Shown: positions 36,720 to 49,975, counted from the whole stretch's first letter. The stretch: 63,558 nucleotides of DNA, filler included, from Folioceros fuciformis (GCA_049999805.1; 5 parts of 5 records of this genome joined end to end with filler, not necessarily neighbours in it); one strand, 5' to 3'. Notes: a model not told the origin generated them from the letters alone. Numbers and translations are program-made.

Positions 36720-37584
36720 ATGGCAGCTTCAGCCAAGGCAGAGTTGGTGCGGCAGCTTCTCAAAGCCAAGGCGGAGAGCAAGAAGACCTTCACGGAAATT
36801 GGGAAGGAAACGGGGCACACCAATGCCTACGTTGCGCAACTCTTCCATCGCCAGGCCCAGCTGAAACCATCCGCAGTGGAACCTCTGCGCCGAGCTGTGC
36901 CTAGTCTCACGGATGCTCAGCTCGAGGCTATGCAGGAGATTCCGTTACGAACTTATGACCCTAACATCATACAGGATCCTACAATTTACAGGTGAGTCAC
37001 CTTCAATTATAGTATGCGCGCGCGCACGCAGGCAGGCAGGCAAGTTACCCGGTATCTCAGTAGAAGGCACCTGGTTGCTGAGCAGGTTGCACGAGGGGAT
37101 TATGCAATATGCGGAGAGTTTGAAGGCCATTATCCATGAGGAAGGCGGGGATGGCATGTTAGCGCTTCCTACTTCGACTCTTTCTTGCTGCCTTCTAACC
37201 AGAGCAGATCTCTCTTGCTGGGAAACTGACAGCTGTTGTGGTCAACCAGAATGTCCGAAATTGGCTTTTTCTGCGAAGCGCAAAAAGTGAAGGGTAAAGA
37301 GGGAGAAGATCGGATCGTCATCACCTTCAACGGGAAGTATCTTCCATTCACTGAGCAGGTGAGTTACCTTTCTCGTCTTCTGTCCAGGGTGCCTTCAGTG
37401 GTGCTTGTGTCGTTGAGAAGCGAATAACTCTCACGAAGACGCGTAGGTGTGTTGTGGGCCATTTTTGGTGCTTATTGGATTGAGAAAGGGGCAACTCACA
37501 CCAAGATACATGGTTGCTGTTGTCTAGAAAACGTCGGAGAACGTGGCATCTATTTCACGACTAGGTTTGCACGACTCGCAGTAG
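36720..37584 (+). CDS. CYN: Cyanate hydratase (cyanase), 4 exons
   Basis: [50 protein letters not shown]. Confidence 0.95.
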
Positions 37585-37985
37585 TGGCCACTCGGCCCTA
37601 GTCCTCAGCAGAGTGTAACTCTGGAAAATTCAGTCTCAGTTCCCACTGACTCCCGACTCTTTTCAGAAGTCGGTATAATGTGCAATGGAGTCTCAGGCTC
37701 AGTGTACCTTGCACGAATGACGAGGTCCTTACAAAATTTCAAGGCGGACAGCCTTTTCCTGTGCAGTGTTCACTGTGGACAAGATCCCCGTCCCGGCCCA
37801 GAATCAGGGTCAGGCAACGCAGAGGCCAGTTGGACTCTAGGTGTATCGGATTGCCCCAAACGGCTGCGCGAACCTAACATGTGTCACGATGTTGTCCCCA
37901 GACTCTCTTGTGGGCCTACTCCATGGACCACGGGGATGTCTTCGGGAAACCTGGTACAAGCTACATCAAACTCCCCAAGAAACAC

Positions 37986-38092
37986 ACGCAACCAACAGGC
38001 GCCGAACCGCACAACCATTCTGCCTGGTTACCTACGCAACCAACAGGCGCCGAACTGCACAACCATTCTGCCTGGTTACCTACGCAACCAAC
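37986..38092. repeat. 48-bp tandem repeat, ~2.2 copies
   Basis: ACGCAACCAAC starts at 37986, 38034 and 38082. Confidence 0.95.
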
Positions 38093-38543
38093 GTCTGCGC
38101 TGCACGACCGTCTTAACATTCGGTTAAGGGTCATGAAATGAGAACAAGGACCTGGAGAACTCAAATCAGGTTGAAAACTTGAAACAAGATTAAGAATTTG
38201 CAGATGCGGTCTCATGTCAGGAGTTCCATGCACCCACTCAAGACAGAGACTGTCTCGTTGCTTGACTGTCGATCAAAACCTCTGCCTTTGTACATCAACC
38301 CGAGAAAGTACAGAACAATGTCTTACTCCAACACAGCACACACTGGTAATTACACATAATCCCCAGGCACAGGATTCAACTCCCCTGCACACTACTGATT
38401 GTCCAGCAAACTCGCAGGATCGGTGCATAGCCGTTGACACCCTAATGCCGCAAAATTTAGAGTCTCCTGTTGGACCGTCCGCGCCTCCATCTTGGAGCGA
38501 CCAGGTGACGTAGCTGAGAGGTTCAAGGAACCGAGCCGGAGCA

Positions 38544-38792
38544 TCAGGGAGCACTTTTGCCGGTGGAGAGGCGCGCCTGACGAGCCTTCTCCGCCTGATC
38601 CATGTAGTCGGCGTGGGAGTGGTGCGTTGTGTTGGAGGTGAGCATGAACCACGGGACAGAGATCACCACGCTGACAACCAGCAGCCCTACCATCACATCC
38701 CTCCTGCTGCCGCTGTACAAGAACTGATGCACGCGTGACGGCGGTCGCCTCCCAGGTGCCCCAGCGTGTGTCGTCGGGTCCGGTTGCGCCAT
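38544..38792 (-). CDS. Small conserved plant single-pass membrane protein of unknown function (82 aa)
   Basis: FLYSG..TM helix..VPWF..HHSHADYMDQAEKARQARLS resembles a recalled family of uncharacterised plant proteins. Confidence 0.75.
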   Translation of the reverse strand: MAQPDPTTHAGAPGRRPPSRVHQFLYSGSRRDVMVGLLVVSVVISVPWFMLTSNTTHHSHADYMDQAEKARQARLSTGKSAP

Positions 38793-39170
38793 CGCAGACC
38801 AGCTCTCCACTTCACGATGGTCTCTAACCTTGGACTGAACCACAGATACATACCCGGCACCGTGGTTCTCAAACATGCCAGAACGTGGACCCGTGACCTA
38901 ACCACTGTGTCAAACTTTCGTATTCGGCGACGTGGTGCAACAAATGCCACCATGGTCGTTCTGATGCTTAAATTAGCCAGGTAACATTCACAACGTTCTC
39001 AGAGTTTCTGGCTATCTACATGGAAGAAGCGCATTTCGAGCTCGTCAGCATTGTTCGGTCAGTGGAATGTGCACCGACATCTATTGCTTGCTATGCTACA
39101 GAAAACCACGCGAGCTCCCCAGGGTCAAGAACAATTGCAAGGCCTGGAAGACGATGTCCTGGCTAGCACA

Positions 39171-39611
39171 TCAATGCCCCGATTTGCGCGCCCACCAATC
39201 GAGGAACTTGAGGTTTGGCTCGATGCAATTGATCCTGTAAAGGCCGAGAGAGTAATTGCCAACTTCCTCCCCGAGAGCCCAGCCGACCACTCCTCCTCCG
39301 GAAGCCCCGAGGACAGCGCCTAAGCCGCTTTTGGAGTAGCGCAAGGTGATCAGGGCTGTGGCCAGCCCGACCACTGCAGCTCCCCCTATCGCGATCTTGG
39401 CTCCTTGCCTTACCAGTTGCAGCTGCGGACCATACACGGGATCGGAGGCGATGAACTCTTGCACGTCCTGCTCGCTCCAGCGGGGAAGCGGCTTGTCCCT
39501 GCACTTTCCGACGCTGGTGATCTGATAGACGATCTTGAAACGCTCGCGCCACTCCGCCTTGTCCATCGCCCACCAGGGCTTGTACCCTCCCTGGTTCTCG
39601 CCGTCCGCCAT
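39171..39611 (-). CDS. SDH6: Plant-specific succinate dehydrogenase subunit 6, intronless
   Basis: RDKPLPRWSEQDVQEFIASDPVYGP..YSKS..GW..GEEV..KFLDWW. Confidence 0.9.
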   Translation of the reverse strand: MADGENQGGYKPWWAMDKAEWRERFKIVYQITSVGKCRDKPLPRWSEQDVQEFIASDPVYGPQLQLVRQGAKIAIGGAAVVGLATALITLRYSKSGLGAVLGASGGGVVGWALGEEVGNYSLGLYRINCIEPNLKFLDWWARKSGH

Positions 39612-39904
39612 GACCACCGATCTCCAAATAAGGACTGATTGAAAGTATGCTCGTTGAAGCGAGCTCATTCGCAATAGGACTAACTACACATCCTTAACAA
39701 ACCCTAAGCCTTCGTTCTCAAGCCACGAATTCATCGCTAAGGTGTCCTGAGAGCACGGAAGGTTTGTTGTACCCATCAGCCTGCCAACAACAGTTCCGAC
39801 TGGCAGGGGGACGACTGATGTGTGATAGGGCAATGCTGCATGCTATACAACCCGACCACCGCATCAAATTAGGACTAGCTCTAAGTACAATCTGGGACCA
39901 GGTA

Positions 39905-42186
39905 TTAGGCAGGCTCCAGGGCAATTCTTAGTTTGGAGAACTCCTTCTCGAAGAGTTCACTTTCCTTTATCCGGACATCACCTGCATCCGTGGCTGCTTG
40001 GCTGCCTCTATGTACGGTGACACCGGGATTCAGCGGCGTGGAGCTTGAACCAGCTCGAGCTGGTGGTCTCCGCTTTGGTGATACTCTGCCAGGACTGCTA
40101 TCCAAATCAGCTTCCAGTTCTGCCAGCTCCCTTGCAAAGTCGGTATCATCAGCGGCATTTGTTTCCGGCGAGGATTCTGTAGCACTGGCTGGGGCAGGCT
40201 CAGGGCCGGTGTCTGCTGCTGCTAGGCTGGGATGCTCCCTCTCAGGCTCCATAGTGCTGGATCGATGTTCTTCCGATTTGGAGTGAAACTCTGCTTCTAA
40301 AGCTGCAAGCTCCTGCTCGAAGGCGGCATCAGCTGTGTCGACTGTTGTGAGAGACGTACCTGCTCACACTCAGGTGCATGTAGTCAGGAAAATGAAGGGA
40401 GGGTTGTGCTGACATACGTAGCTGTGAGGAAAAGACACCAGTTGACATCTCACCAAAAGCCTCTTCAAGCTGCTTCTGATGTGCAACTGTTTCTGCAACG
40501 TCGTCGAGACACTCATGGAGCTCCTCCAGAGTGACATGATGCTCCTTGATGGCAGTTGATCCTACCTGCATGGCTTTGGTCACCTGGAAAACCAGAGAAT
40601 CAAAGTCAAACGCACTTCAAATTACACCAGAATATGAATGCTCTGCTGCATACCGTCTTCGTTGTCTCCGCATCAGAGATGACTGTGAGAACTTCGTTTA
40701 TCCTTTCAAGAAAACCAGCACAGGTTTCTCGGCTAGCCATTGCCAGTTTCATGCATCGCAAATGCCTTAACGCCTTTTGCCTCTCCCCACTCTTCGCTGC
40801 AAGTGCAGCTGAGTTTTTGGACCTGCACATATGACGGCCGATCTAGTGTTAAAATCAAGATGAGCCCAGCACTTGCCTTCAGCATGAGAAAAACATTCAA
40901 ATGAAGCGCTCACTTTGCCACTTGGTTGTCCAAGACATCTGTCTGATGCTGAAGCTTTTCTTTCGTCCAGTAGAGCTGCAACAAGTGTAGATCATTGTCT
41001 GTAGCCTTGGCCACAGGCTGCTGAGTTAGAGCAACCTTCAGCCCCTGCAATCACGAAAGGTACACTTCAGTCAGCATCACTAGCTGATAGGCACACTCCA
41101 ACGGTTGTCAGGAGCCTTGAATCTATGAAGTTATCATCCTCTGAACAGGAGTTCAAGGTACAACAACACCTCAATTTTGTCGTCTCCTTCAATTTGCAAA
41201 CATTGGGCTCTCTTATGGAGGATCAAATGATGTCGTATCACCATAGCAGCGTCCCGTCCTCCACACAACTCCACAAATCTTGAGATCGTAACGACGCAGG
41301 TTGTGGACCATTGTAAATCCCGTATAGCCTTAACGACCTGCTCTGTTTTCTCCTGAAACCCAAAAAAGATAAGGTGTTAGAAACTAGTAGGACTACGCGG
41401 TACAGTCCAGTGCTGTCATGTGCTGTTCTCCATCTCCCTCTCTCTAACGGGTACGAAGGAGAACAAGAGCATGAGTGGTACAAGGTCAGTTAACCAACTG
41501 GCATATCCGTCAAACCATTACCTCACCTGCAACAGTTCAGTGACGATCAACTTTTTTTGTGAAATGCTGATCTCTCCCGAGGCTGGCGTGCCAACAGCAG
41601 CCCTTCCAACCCAAATTGCAGCCCTGGTTAGTTGCGTCAGAGCCCATCTCACGTTGGAAGGAGCCTCCTTCATAAATTCCTCGCTGCTTCTAAGCTCACC
41701 TGACTTGAGCATCTCAATCTGCCAGCCGTGAGGCGTTCTGGTCAATGATCATGACTATGTGAGAAGAACAGAAAATTCGATCCTTGAGTGCGACACAACC
41801 ACAGAGTGCAAGCAGGGTAGAGTGTAACGGATGCAATCAACCCTACCAGCACTGTCTCCATTCCCAAAGGCAGCAGTCCATTCCGAGCAAACCATTTCTG
41901 CTGCACCTGGAACATGCCATAATCTGGCAGCATCAATAAATGGAAGATCCAAGAGCAAAGTTCGAGTCTCGACGAGGAGGGTGTAGTACACCTCATTCGG
42001 CTCTATCATGATGACGTCCAAGTGTCGGGCAGCACTGACTACCAATCGCTTCCAGAACTGATACCTGCTCTCCCAGTCTTGCCGCTGTCCAGTGAAGGCT
42101 TTAAATCTCGCGGATGCTATGACATCATCCTCCCAATCAGGCACGCTAGTGCCCAAGAATTCAGCTAGACTCCTGTTTCCCGCCAT
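39905..42186 (-). CDS. CHMP7: CHMP7-like ESCRT-III (Snf7 family) protein, multi-exon
   Basis: VPDWEDDVIASARFKAFTGQRQDWESRYQFWK..WFARNGLLPL; Snf7 region ALRHLR..VISDAETTK; acidic tail. Confidence 0.88.
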
Positions 42187-42455
42187 TCCCAATTTCTACA
42201 TGCAGCAACCGCTCTCTGATCCTGGGTTCTCCTGTAAATCCAACTGTACGAAGTCTAACCAACGACCCTATCATTCTCCGTGGTCACATATAAATAAGGT
42301 CCGGCAAGTACCAAATCCAGAACCTTGATGAGGTTGTCACCCAGACTGACTGGTAGATTACTGCCCACATGTGGCTGCTGAAATTATATTAACACAAAGC
42401 CGTGTTGGTCGCACTGCGCGCTATTGCGTTTTCGAAGCTCTGATGGTTGAAGGCC

Positions 42456-45400
42456 ATGGAGAGATTATCGTCCCTTCAAGGACGTGTCTTTGAGAAGTGG
42501 GAAGATGATGACGACGAGTTTCAGCTGCGGGAGGCTAGCCCTCCTGCCAGACTGTTGCCTCTGGGTAGAATTTTGAGCACCTTGATATCAGCGGAGGACC
42601 GTGATTTGCGCTTGGCTCTGACCGACAAATCTGCCAGGGTTCAGCGGGGTAAGGCCCAAGACGGATAGTGGATAATGTTTTGGGAGCTCCATGCATGTTG
42701 TCTTTGGGTTCCCCTACACAATTACCAGGATATGACCAAGCAGTGCTGACTCTTCTCAATTTATTTGCTGTACAGGCGCTCTGACAAGAGCAGTATCGGA
42801 CCTGGTGCAACATGCTAAGTTATTGGTTGAGAAAGGGAGCTCCTTGGATCCTCTGGTCGTGCCATTGCTTGAGCAGGTTGTGAAGTCCAGGGACCATACC
42901 AGCCGTAAAGCAGGCTTCTGCTTGTTACGGTTGCTTATTGAGAATCAGGATTTTGGTTGGGAGATGGCCATGCATCTGGTCCGGTTGATTCAGAGGAAGG
43001 ACGTCGATAATCGTGTCAGGCTTGGTTGGTGTCTGGTTGTTCGTGAACTGATTCAATCCGGGTCAGTGTGCTGCAAACCCATGAATACAGGTCTGTCTGG
43101 CATCCATGAATTCACCATCACCTCGAAATCATAGCCAATCTGTGGAGCTAGTCCTCTGATTATTCTGACGTAGCACATTTTCTTGACGTTCAGGACAGTT
43201 AATTAATGACGTAAGACCACAATTGGATATTGTTGTGCTTTTTGCAAACGGCATCGTCCAGCTTGTCAGTGTTGTTTGCCAAGCCAGGTAAAAGTTCTCG
43301 TCTGCCCTATTACTTCCGAGCTGTTTAGGTGTGAGCATATCTGGTCTAACCGTGGGTTACATATCCTGTGGCAGTGTCAGTGATGGAAAAAGGCGAAGTC
43401 CCACACGGTTAGCCACAGCTGCTGCAGACTGTGTTCTTATTATAACAAAGGTTCTCGCCTCAGGCTTGGCTTATGTGGAAGACACATCCAAACAGAGTCG
43501 AACGGGAAGCTCACCTCAGAGAAGTCTCATTTCTCCTGTAGAGCCGGTTGATGACGGTTCTAATAAAATTAGGGAAGTCTTTGAAGTTGATGACCAGGAA
43601 CCATGCTCTTCGGGGCGTGCACCTGAGGATAGCCAGAAAAGAAGGGAACGTGCTCTTTGGGGCCACTTGGACAGCCTTGTTCTTTTGGTTGCAGAACTGC
43701 AAGAGGTAATGAGATGTGTTGTGTTGAGTGGATGTGTGTCCTTACCTGTGTTAGAACGGATTGTTGGACTAGGCTGCTAATATGCTATCTGAACTTTCTG
43801 TAGTGGAGTACTGTATCTCGGCCACTGCATGCAGCAGGCCTACGACAAGTGCAGAAGCGCTTGCAAATGCTTGCTAAATTTAGAGATTCCCTACAGGCAG
43901 AAGGTGGTGGTACGTGCACCTGTCACTGCGTTATCTTTCCTCCAGACTTGGGGATCAGGATGATTCTCCAATGTGAAGGCCTGAAAGTTTTACCTCGGTG
44001 ATCGTAGATGTCACAGTTGGGATTCAAGTTCTGGCAGCCTGCTGGGAACAATACAGTGCCTTGCTAGTTTGTGACGATCCTAATTTATCCCGCCATCCTG
44101 AAGCAGTTGTTCAGCAGTGGATGGGTGCCCTTCAGGTAGATGAAATGAGTTGGTTCCGTGGTTCTCTAAGATTTTAAACTGTGGCCTCTTAAAGTCATTG
44201 AACGCAGCAGCTTCATTATGTGTCCACAGTATTATTCTCAAGATCACCAAGAACTTGGCCAGAACGGGGAAATGCCTTCTGAAAGTAAAAGGGCTGATGA
44301 AATGAGAAGATATGCTCTAGCGTGTTTGGCTCTTGTTCTGGGACGGCTGGGGCCACGGCAATTTGATTCACTTCTGGAGAAAACTGAGCAGCAGGTTCTG
44401 CAACTACTACTAAGTCAGGTTGGGTCTAACAGCTTTCCAGATTGCTACTTTGAATTAAGTGCGAATCTCGGCGGGAGCTAGTATCTGTCCAGACTAAGCC
44501 TTTGTCCATGTCGTTTTGTGCCCAGCTACGATGTGGAGATGATCAAGCAGTAGATCTGTCTGTGGCTGTCGTGAGGGCCATATTATTTCGTGCCCCCACC
44601 ACATCACAAGGCAGTTCTTCAGTTCCTGATGTCTCACGTCTGGAGGCTCTTATTCCATCACTAATGGAGCTTCTTGACGCACGGGATTTTGCAGCTAGAG
44701 CAGTAGTACTGTTGATTGCAGAGTTCTTTGCAGCGTATCCTTGAACATACTTGGTGAAAACTGAAGGCTGCTTGAAGAGTTAGAGTTAGCACTGAGATCT
44801 AGAATTTTAACCAAATCTTGAGTTCGTTTAACTTGACTGACTCTCAGCAATCCAGGATCACCTGAATTGGAGCAATTATTCATCAGGCTCGATTCTGCAG
44901 AAACTGTAAAACGTAGGAATGCCCTGGATATACTGGGTGAACTTCTCTCCATAGCCACGCGAGCCACTGATGTTGCTGACTCCAGGCTCAGGTTTTGTCA
45001 TCTCATCAATTCTTGTTGAGCCTAAGTCTTGGGCTACGTCAGTCTCTGAAGGTGATGGGAGCACATATTACTGATTCGCTTTATGTCCTGTAATAGCCAG
45101 ATAATCGCTAAGCACCTCCTCAGCCGGCTTGGAGATGAAGAACTGAGTAACCGAGTGGAAGCCTCTGCTCTTTTTGCAAAACTTGGTAAGGAAGCATGAA
45201 GAAGCCTAGAACTTGCTATTGATAGTCACTTTGCCTTCTGTGTTTTTTATCGTCTAACCTTGTGTGGCAGTTGGATAGTTAGATCGATCATGAATTTATA
45301 TGTTTCATTGCGTTGAGCAGATCCCAATTTCGTTCTTCCACCTCTTGTTAGCTCTGTTTTCTCCCGTGACGGACGTACCCGGTCTTCTGCAAGCTCTGCT

Positions 45401-48400
45401 ATCTCATCTCTTTTGAAGAGCCTCTCAAATCATGGACCTGTTATCAGTCTGTTGCTGGACTGCATCACGTAGGTTTCATAGATAATCTTTTCCACCTGTG
45501 ATCTGGACAGATCCTCTCAACCCTTTGTTGATAGGAGAGTTCGTATGTTTCAGCAATCTATCAGAGACTTCGTCTGCGGTGCATCTTGGTCAAGCGGAGG
45601 AGCTCACTGCAGAAAAATCAAGTATGGGATTGCATTCAGCGGTGAAGCCGGTTCTCTTTGAAGTCTCTCTTCAGCTAGTAAATGACTTGGAATAAGCCTG
45701 ACGGACACCTTGGACTGGTGCCTCTATTCTTTGCATGCGTCGTTGCTTCATATCTTCCTGTGTTCAAGACGGGCCTCTTTTGTCTGGTATTCATGCAGGG
45801 TCTCGTGTGGATATAGATCCAATTATGAGCCTGTTGCCAAGCTGGGCCTCTACAGTAAGAAGCCTCTATCTCTGGATGTTTTTGCTTGCTCTTAACAAAC
45901 TCTTCCATCACACTGAAGGTCTATCGTCATGTGTGTCCAATAACAGGTGCAAGATTGGGCTCCGCTACTCAAACTCATTTTGAACAAGATGAAGGGGGAG
46001 CCGTCAAACCCCGTTCTGCCACGGTTTCTCAGTCAGATTAGTCCGTACATTGAAGACAATTCTGACATTGTGTTTTCTCATGTTCTGGAAGTCATGACTC
46101 AGCAGCAGAGGTACCTGAAGCGTATGTGTGCTCATCATCTGTCAATGGCTTTTCATGTAACCAATTCTTATTTACCCCGCCTCCTCACCATCTCAGCTCA
46201 AACTCTTGCACTTGCAATTTGTGGGCTGACCAGCATTTTGCCTATTGGAGATACAAAGTCATGGCAAAGTGATACGGGGGCAATGGCCACGCAGCTCTTT
46301 CAACGGCTTAGTCCCCTTCTTGTGTTGAAGGTGCTGCCTCTGAAGATGTTTAGCGACAGCATGCGAAAGCAAATGTATGGGAACTTACTCAGTGAACACC
46401 GTTGCGAGCCAGGTACATAACTTAAGCTCCCTCATAAGGAGCATTTCTGCCTCCCAGGGCTCTGCCGAACTTATGGGTAGATTTCTTCAGTTGTACTGTA
46501 ATCATACTGAGTTTTCTCCGACGCTGTTATACTGAGCTTGTGAAGTGTCCGAGGTTGCTCTGACAGACCCTATTGTTCATGCTGCTGTTCCAGTTAAAGT
46601 AAGACCAACAGAACTTGGTTTTAAGGATGTGGAGGAGGGTGCTGAGGACGTATCCTGTATCGCAAGTCTCTTAATGCAGAGGTAAGTATCTTAATGCTCG
46701 TATGCAAGTCTCTCAATGCTTTGTATGGTTGCGTTGAGAGTTATGCTGCAGTTCCACGGCCTACCTGGACTTTCATATGTTTCATCAGGGTGTGTGCAAC
46801 CTATGAATTTCAAGATGTTCGCAAACTAGCATCCGAGCTTGCTGGTCGCCTTTTGCCAAATGTAAGGTTGCCTCTCATCTATCTGCGTGATTCAAGCCAA
46901 ACCAGAAAAATTTCCTTGTTCCTTACAGCCTTTAAATTGCCTGAACAAATGGATTTGGGCCATGCATGCAGTTCTTGCTGCCTCGGATCGCTCAAGAGCT
47001 CGAACAAGCGACTATTGCTCGTGACACAATCCAAGCTAGGGCATGCATATTTGCACTTTGTAGCTCCCTCATGGTACTCTCAGCGGTCAAGCTGTAGTTG
47101 TTCTGAGGATCTGAGTGGGCAACATGTACATCCTCAGACACCAGTCTGCGTTGTATCATTTGCTCGCCTTTTTCGCATGTGTGCAGATTAGGGGTAAAGA
47201 AATTCTTTTGTACCCAGAATTGTCAGGCATCTGCGTTTGCCTAATTTCGATAATCCTTTGGCCCTCGAGTGAGAAAGGTTAGCTGGAGAATGTTGCTACT
47301 CTGCAATTCGGTTGCACTTTTGTTGTTCGGGATCAGCCTGTCCTTTGAGATTCTAATGGCAGAGATGGGAGTTTCATTGTATGTTGACAGTATCCTCTGA
47401 GATTGTCAAGACCCAACATGGATGCATAGACTGTTTCGCCATGGTCATACTGGCTGAACTTGCACCCGGGGAACGAGCTAGTGAGGAAAGTAGTCTGCCA
47501 GCATCAGAAGCTAAACCAAAGCTTGGCGGGGAAGTGGGAGAGGCACCCATGGACTTTGAGGACATAATGGACGGACAGGTATTAGCTCAGGAGGTGTCAT
47601 TGGAACCACAGCTTCAGGAGATTTCAATCAGACCAAACCCGAGGCAGACCAGGCCCGTACTGATTGAGGAAGTCAGTGACAGGCGTCGCCTGATTGAAGA
47701 GGTCACAGACAAGTTCGAAGTTATAGGGGCAGTTCCCAAGAGAGGTTACAGAAAAAGCACACAATCGCCTTTGGTGTCTCATTTTCTACGTTTCCCACTG
47801 ATCGGATTCTGATATGGGCTACTGCATGCCACATTGCAGGTGCCAGGCGGGAAAAGTGTGCAGTCTGTGCAGCGATCTTAAACTGTCTGACTGGAAGGCA
47901 TTTGCCTTTCATCGTGGATGAGCAGGGGCAACATTATTGCAAGGCAAGTGCACTATTAACAGCAGCGGGGATGCATTTCAATCGAGCTAGCGGCACCTCC
48001 CTCACAGGAGATTCTTTCCGGGCACCTGTCCCTCTCCGACTGTGCATGGCAAACGTGCTCATAAGTGTCTGTCAGAAGATTTCCCTTCCTTCTCGTCAAA
48101 CATTTGCAAAATTGGTCGTGCCTCCAGTAATGAATTATGCACAGGTTCGTTCCAGCGTCCCCTGCTTGTTATGATGTTCAGCTCTCACTTGTATAGTTTG
48201 CTAACCTGTGTCAATTTCAGAGTGGAACTGAACCTCCGGTCAAGGCAGCATGCCTGCAAGTTCTGTTCAGTGCCGTGTACCATCTGAAAGCTCCAGTAAT
48301 GCTTCCTTACTGCACGGATCTGCTGCGGTTGTCAACAGCTCTCTTACGAAGCCCAGGGCCAACCGAGGTAAAGGTGTTCGTCGCCAGTGCCTCGTAATCC

Positions 48401-48639
48401 ACTTCCTGTCCCAGTTTACTTACCCCCTTACTGCAAATCAGGTGAGAGTCGGTGCGGTGAAGGTATTGACGGCTCTGCTTGCAAGTGAGGAGACAGTAAT
48501 CAACGAACTAGCCGCAGAACTCCCTGAGGCTCGTACTGTTCTGGAATCAGTGTCCCGAATGGACACATCGGGCCAGATTCGAACTCTCTGTGAGCAGCTT
48601 CTTGGTTGCATGGTGACTCCTGTAAAGTCAGTCTTCTAA
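42456..48639 (+). CDS. Large ARM/HEAT-repeat protein (At3g57570-like), many short introns; exon map only partly resolved
   Basis: FQRLSPLLVLKVLP, YEFQDVRKLASELAGRL, KTQHGCIDC, RLCMANVLISVCQK, RTLCEQLLGC. Confidence 0.85.
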
Positions 48640-48852
48640 GAACGCCCTATACGGGATTTTTGAGTTGGGGCCTATACGGACCGTGCACTGGGCCACCGGT
48701 TAAGGTACCCGTTTGGGGAGCCTTCTATCCAAACTTCTTCATGTCCGCCCGTTGTCCCGGTGCGGAAGGCTGCGAATCTGTCAATGCGGTTTGAAAGGGC
48801 GATGATGCTTCAGCTTTGAGGAGATCCGCGTAGTCGTGTAGACGCGTAGAGA

Positions 48853-49975
48853 ATGGCAACTGCTACTGCCCCAGCCGTAGCTTTCCCCTCACAGTCCGCG
48901 TTCCGTAGCAAGGGACGGACTGGTAACAGGAATGGAGTCTCCGGAGTGCAATGCTCTTTTCTTACCGGAGGCATGGGGCAATGGCAGCAAAATGCTGGAG
49001 CGGTGAGCCGGGAAGTGTCTTTTTCGCAGAGGAAGGGCACCGTAGTGTGTGGGCTGGGAGACTATATCGGGGGAGACTTGTTAGGATTTGACCTTGGGAA
49101 ATGGTCGAGGGACGTGGAGGAGCACGGTGCCATCGCCATTTATCCTCCTCCGGAAGGCGGGTATGAGGGCCGCTATGCTACGAAGCTCAAGGTGGAAGGT
49201 TACCACTTCCTCAACCTCACTGCCAGGGGTTTGGGGGACCTGGAAGCTTATTTGACGAAAATCCACGGTGTTAGACCTGTAAGATGCTTCCTGCCTTCTC
49301 CTGCATTTTTCCAAGGTGATGGTAGCTAGAATTTGGATTTGGGACCTTGGCCTGGTCAGACTTGGTAGGTCTTTGCATCGTTTGCTAGCCAGCAGAGCGT
49401 AGTTCTGTCTCACTCAGGGGTGGTCGTATGCAGCACTGAGCTGAGAGTGGCGCAGTATGTAGCGGATTCATGACAAAGATTTTGTTCCTCGGGTGCAGCC
49501 TCACCTCGGAAAGCAAGCCATTGCTCGTTGGTACTACCCGCCAGAGATTGACTACAGGCTGTCCATCCTTCCCAAGAACAGCAAGGGCCTTGTGCTTTGG
49601 CTCATCGAGGCGCATGTACGTATTTTGCACCGGTCCCTTGTTCTGATACTGATCATCTATGATCCTCGTCACCGAAGTCGTCTGAGGACTGCCTGGATTG
49701 CTGAAAATGTGTCCTGCTTCAGGTTCTGTCCAAGAGCGAGCTGCAATTCCTGGCACTTTTGCCTTCGTTAAGGCCGGAGGTGAAGGTGGTAGCAGAAGTC
49801 GGCACCTGGTAAGTTATATCACCACTTACTCATTTGCTTACATGCTGATTTTCTCTGCCTCGACTGACACTCCCCTAAATAAACTTTCCATTTTCTCAAC
49901 AGGAGGAAATTCACGTGGAAACCCTTGAAAGACGTCGCTGGCGTTTCTGACAGCCCGGCGCCGGTGACAAAATGA
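48853..49975 (+). CDS. NdhN: Chloroplast NDH subunit N, 4 exons
   Basis: AIYPPPEGGYEGRY..GYHFLNLTARGLGDLEAYLTKIHGVRP|PHLGKQ..KGLVLWLIEAH|VLSKSELQFLALLP..|RKFTWKPL. Confidence 0.96.

Noticed and set aside
17546..49975. One organellar bioenergetics supercluster (STN7, NDUFB10, COR413IM with PnsB1, NdhN, SDH6)
   Set aside because: The two groups are on different contigs separated by an artificial spacer.
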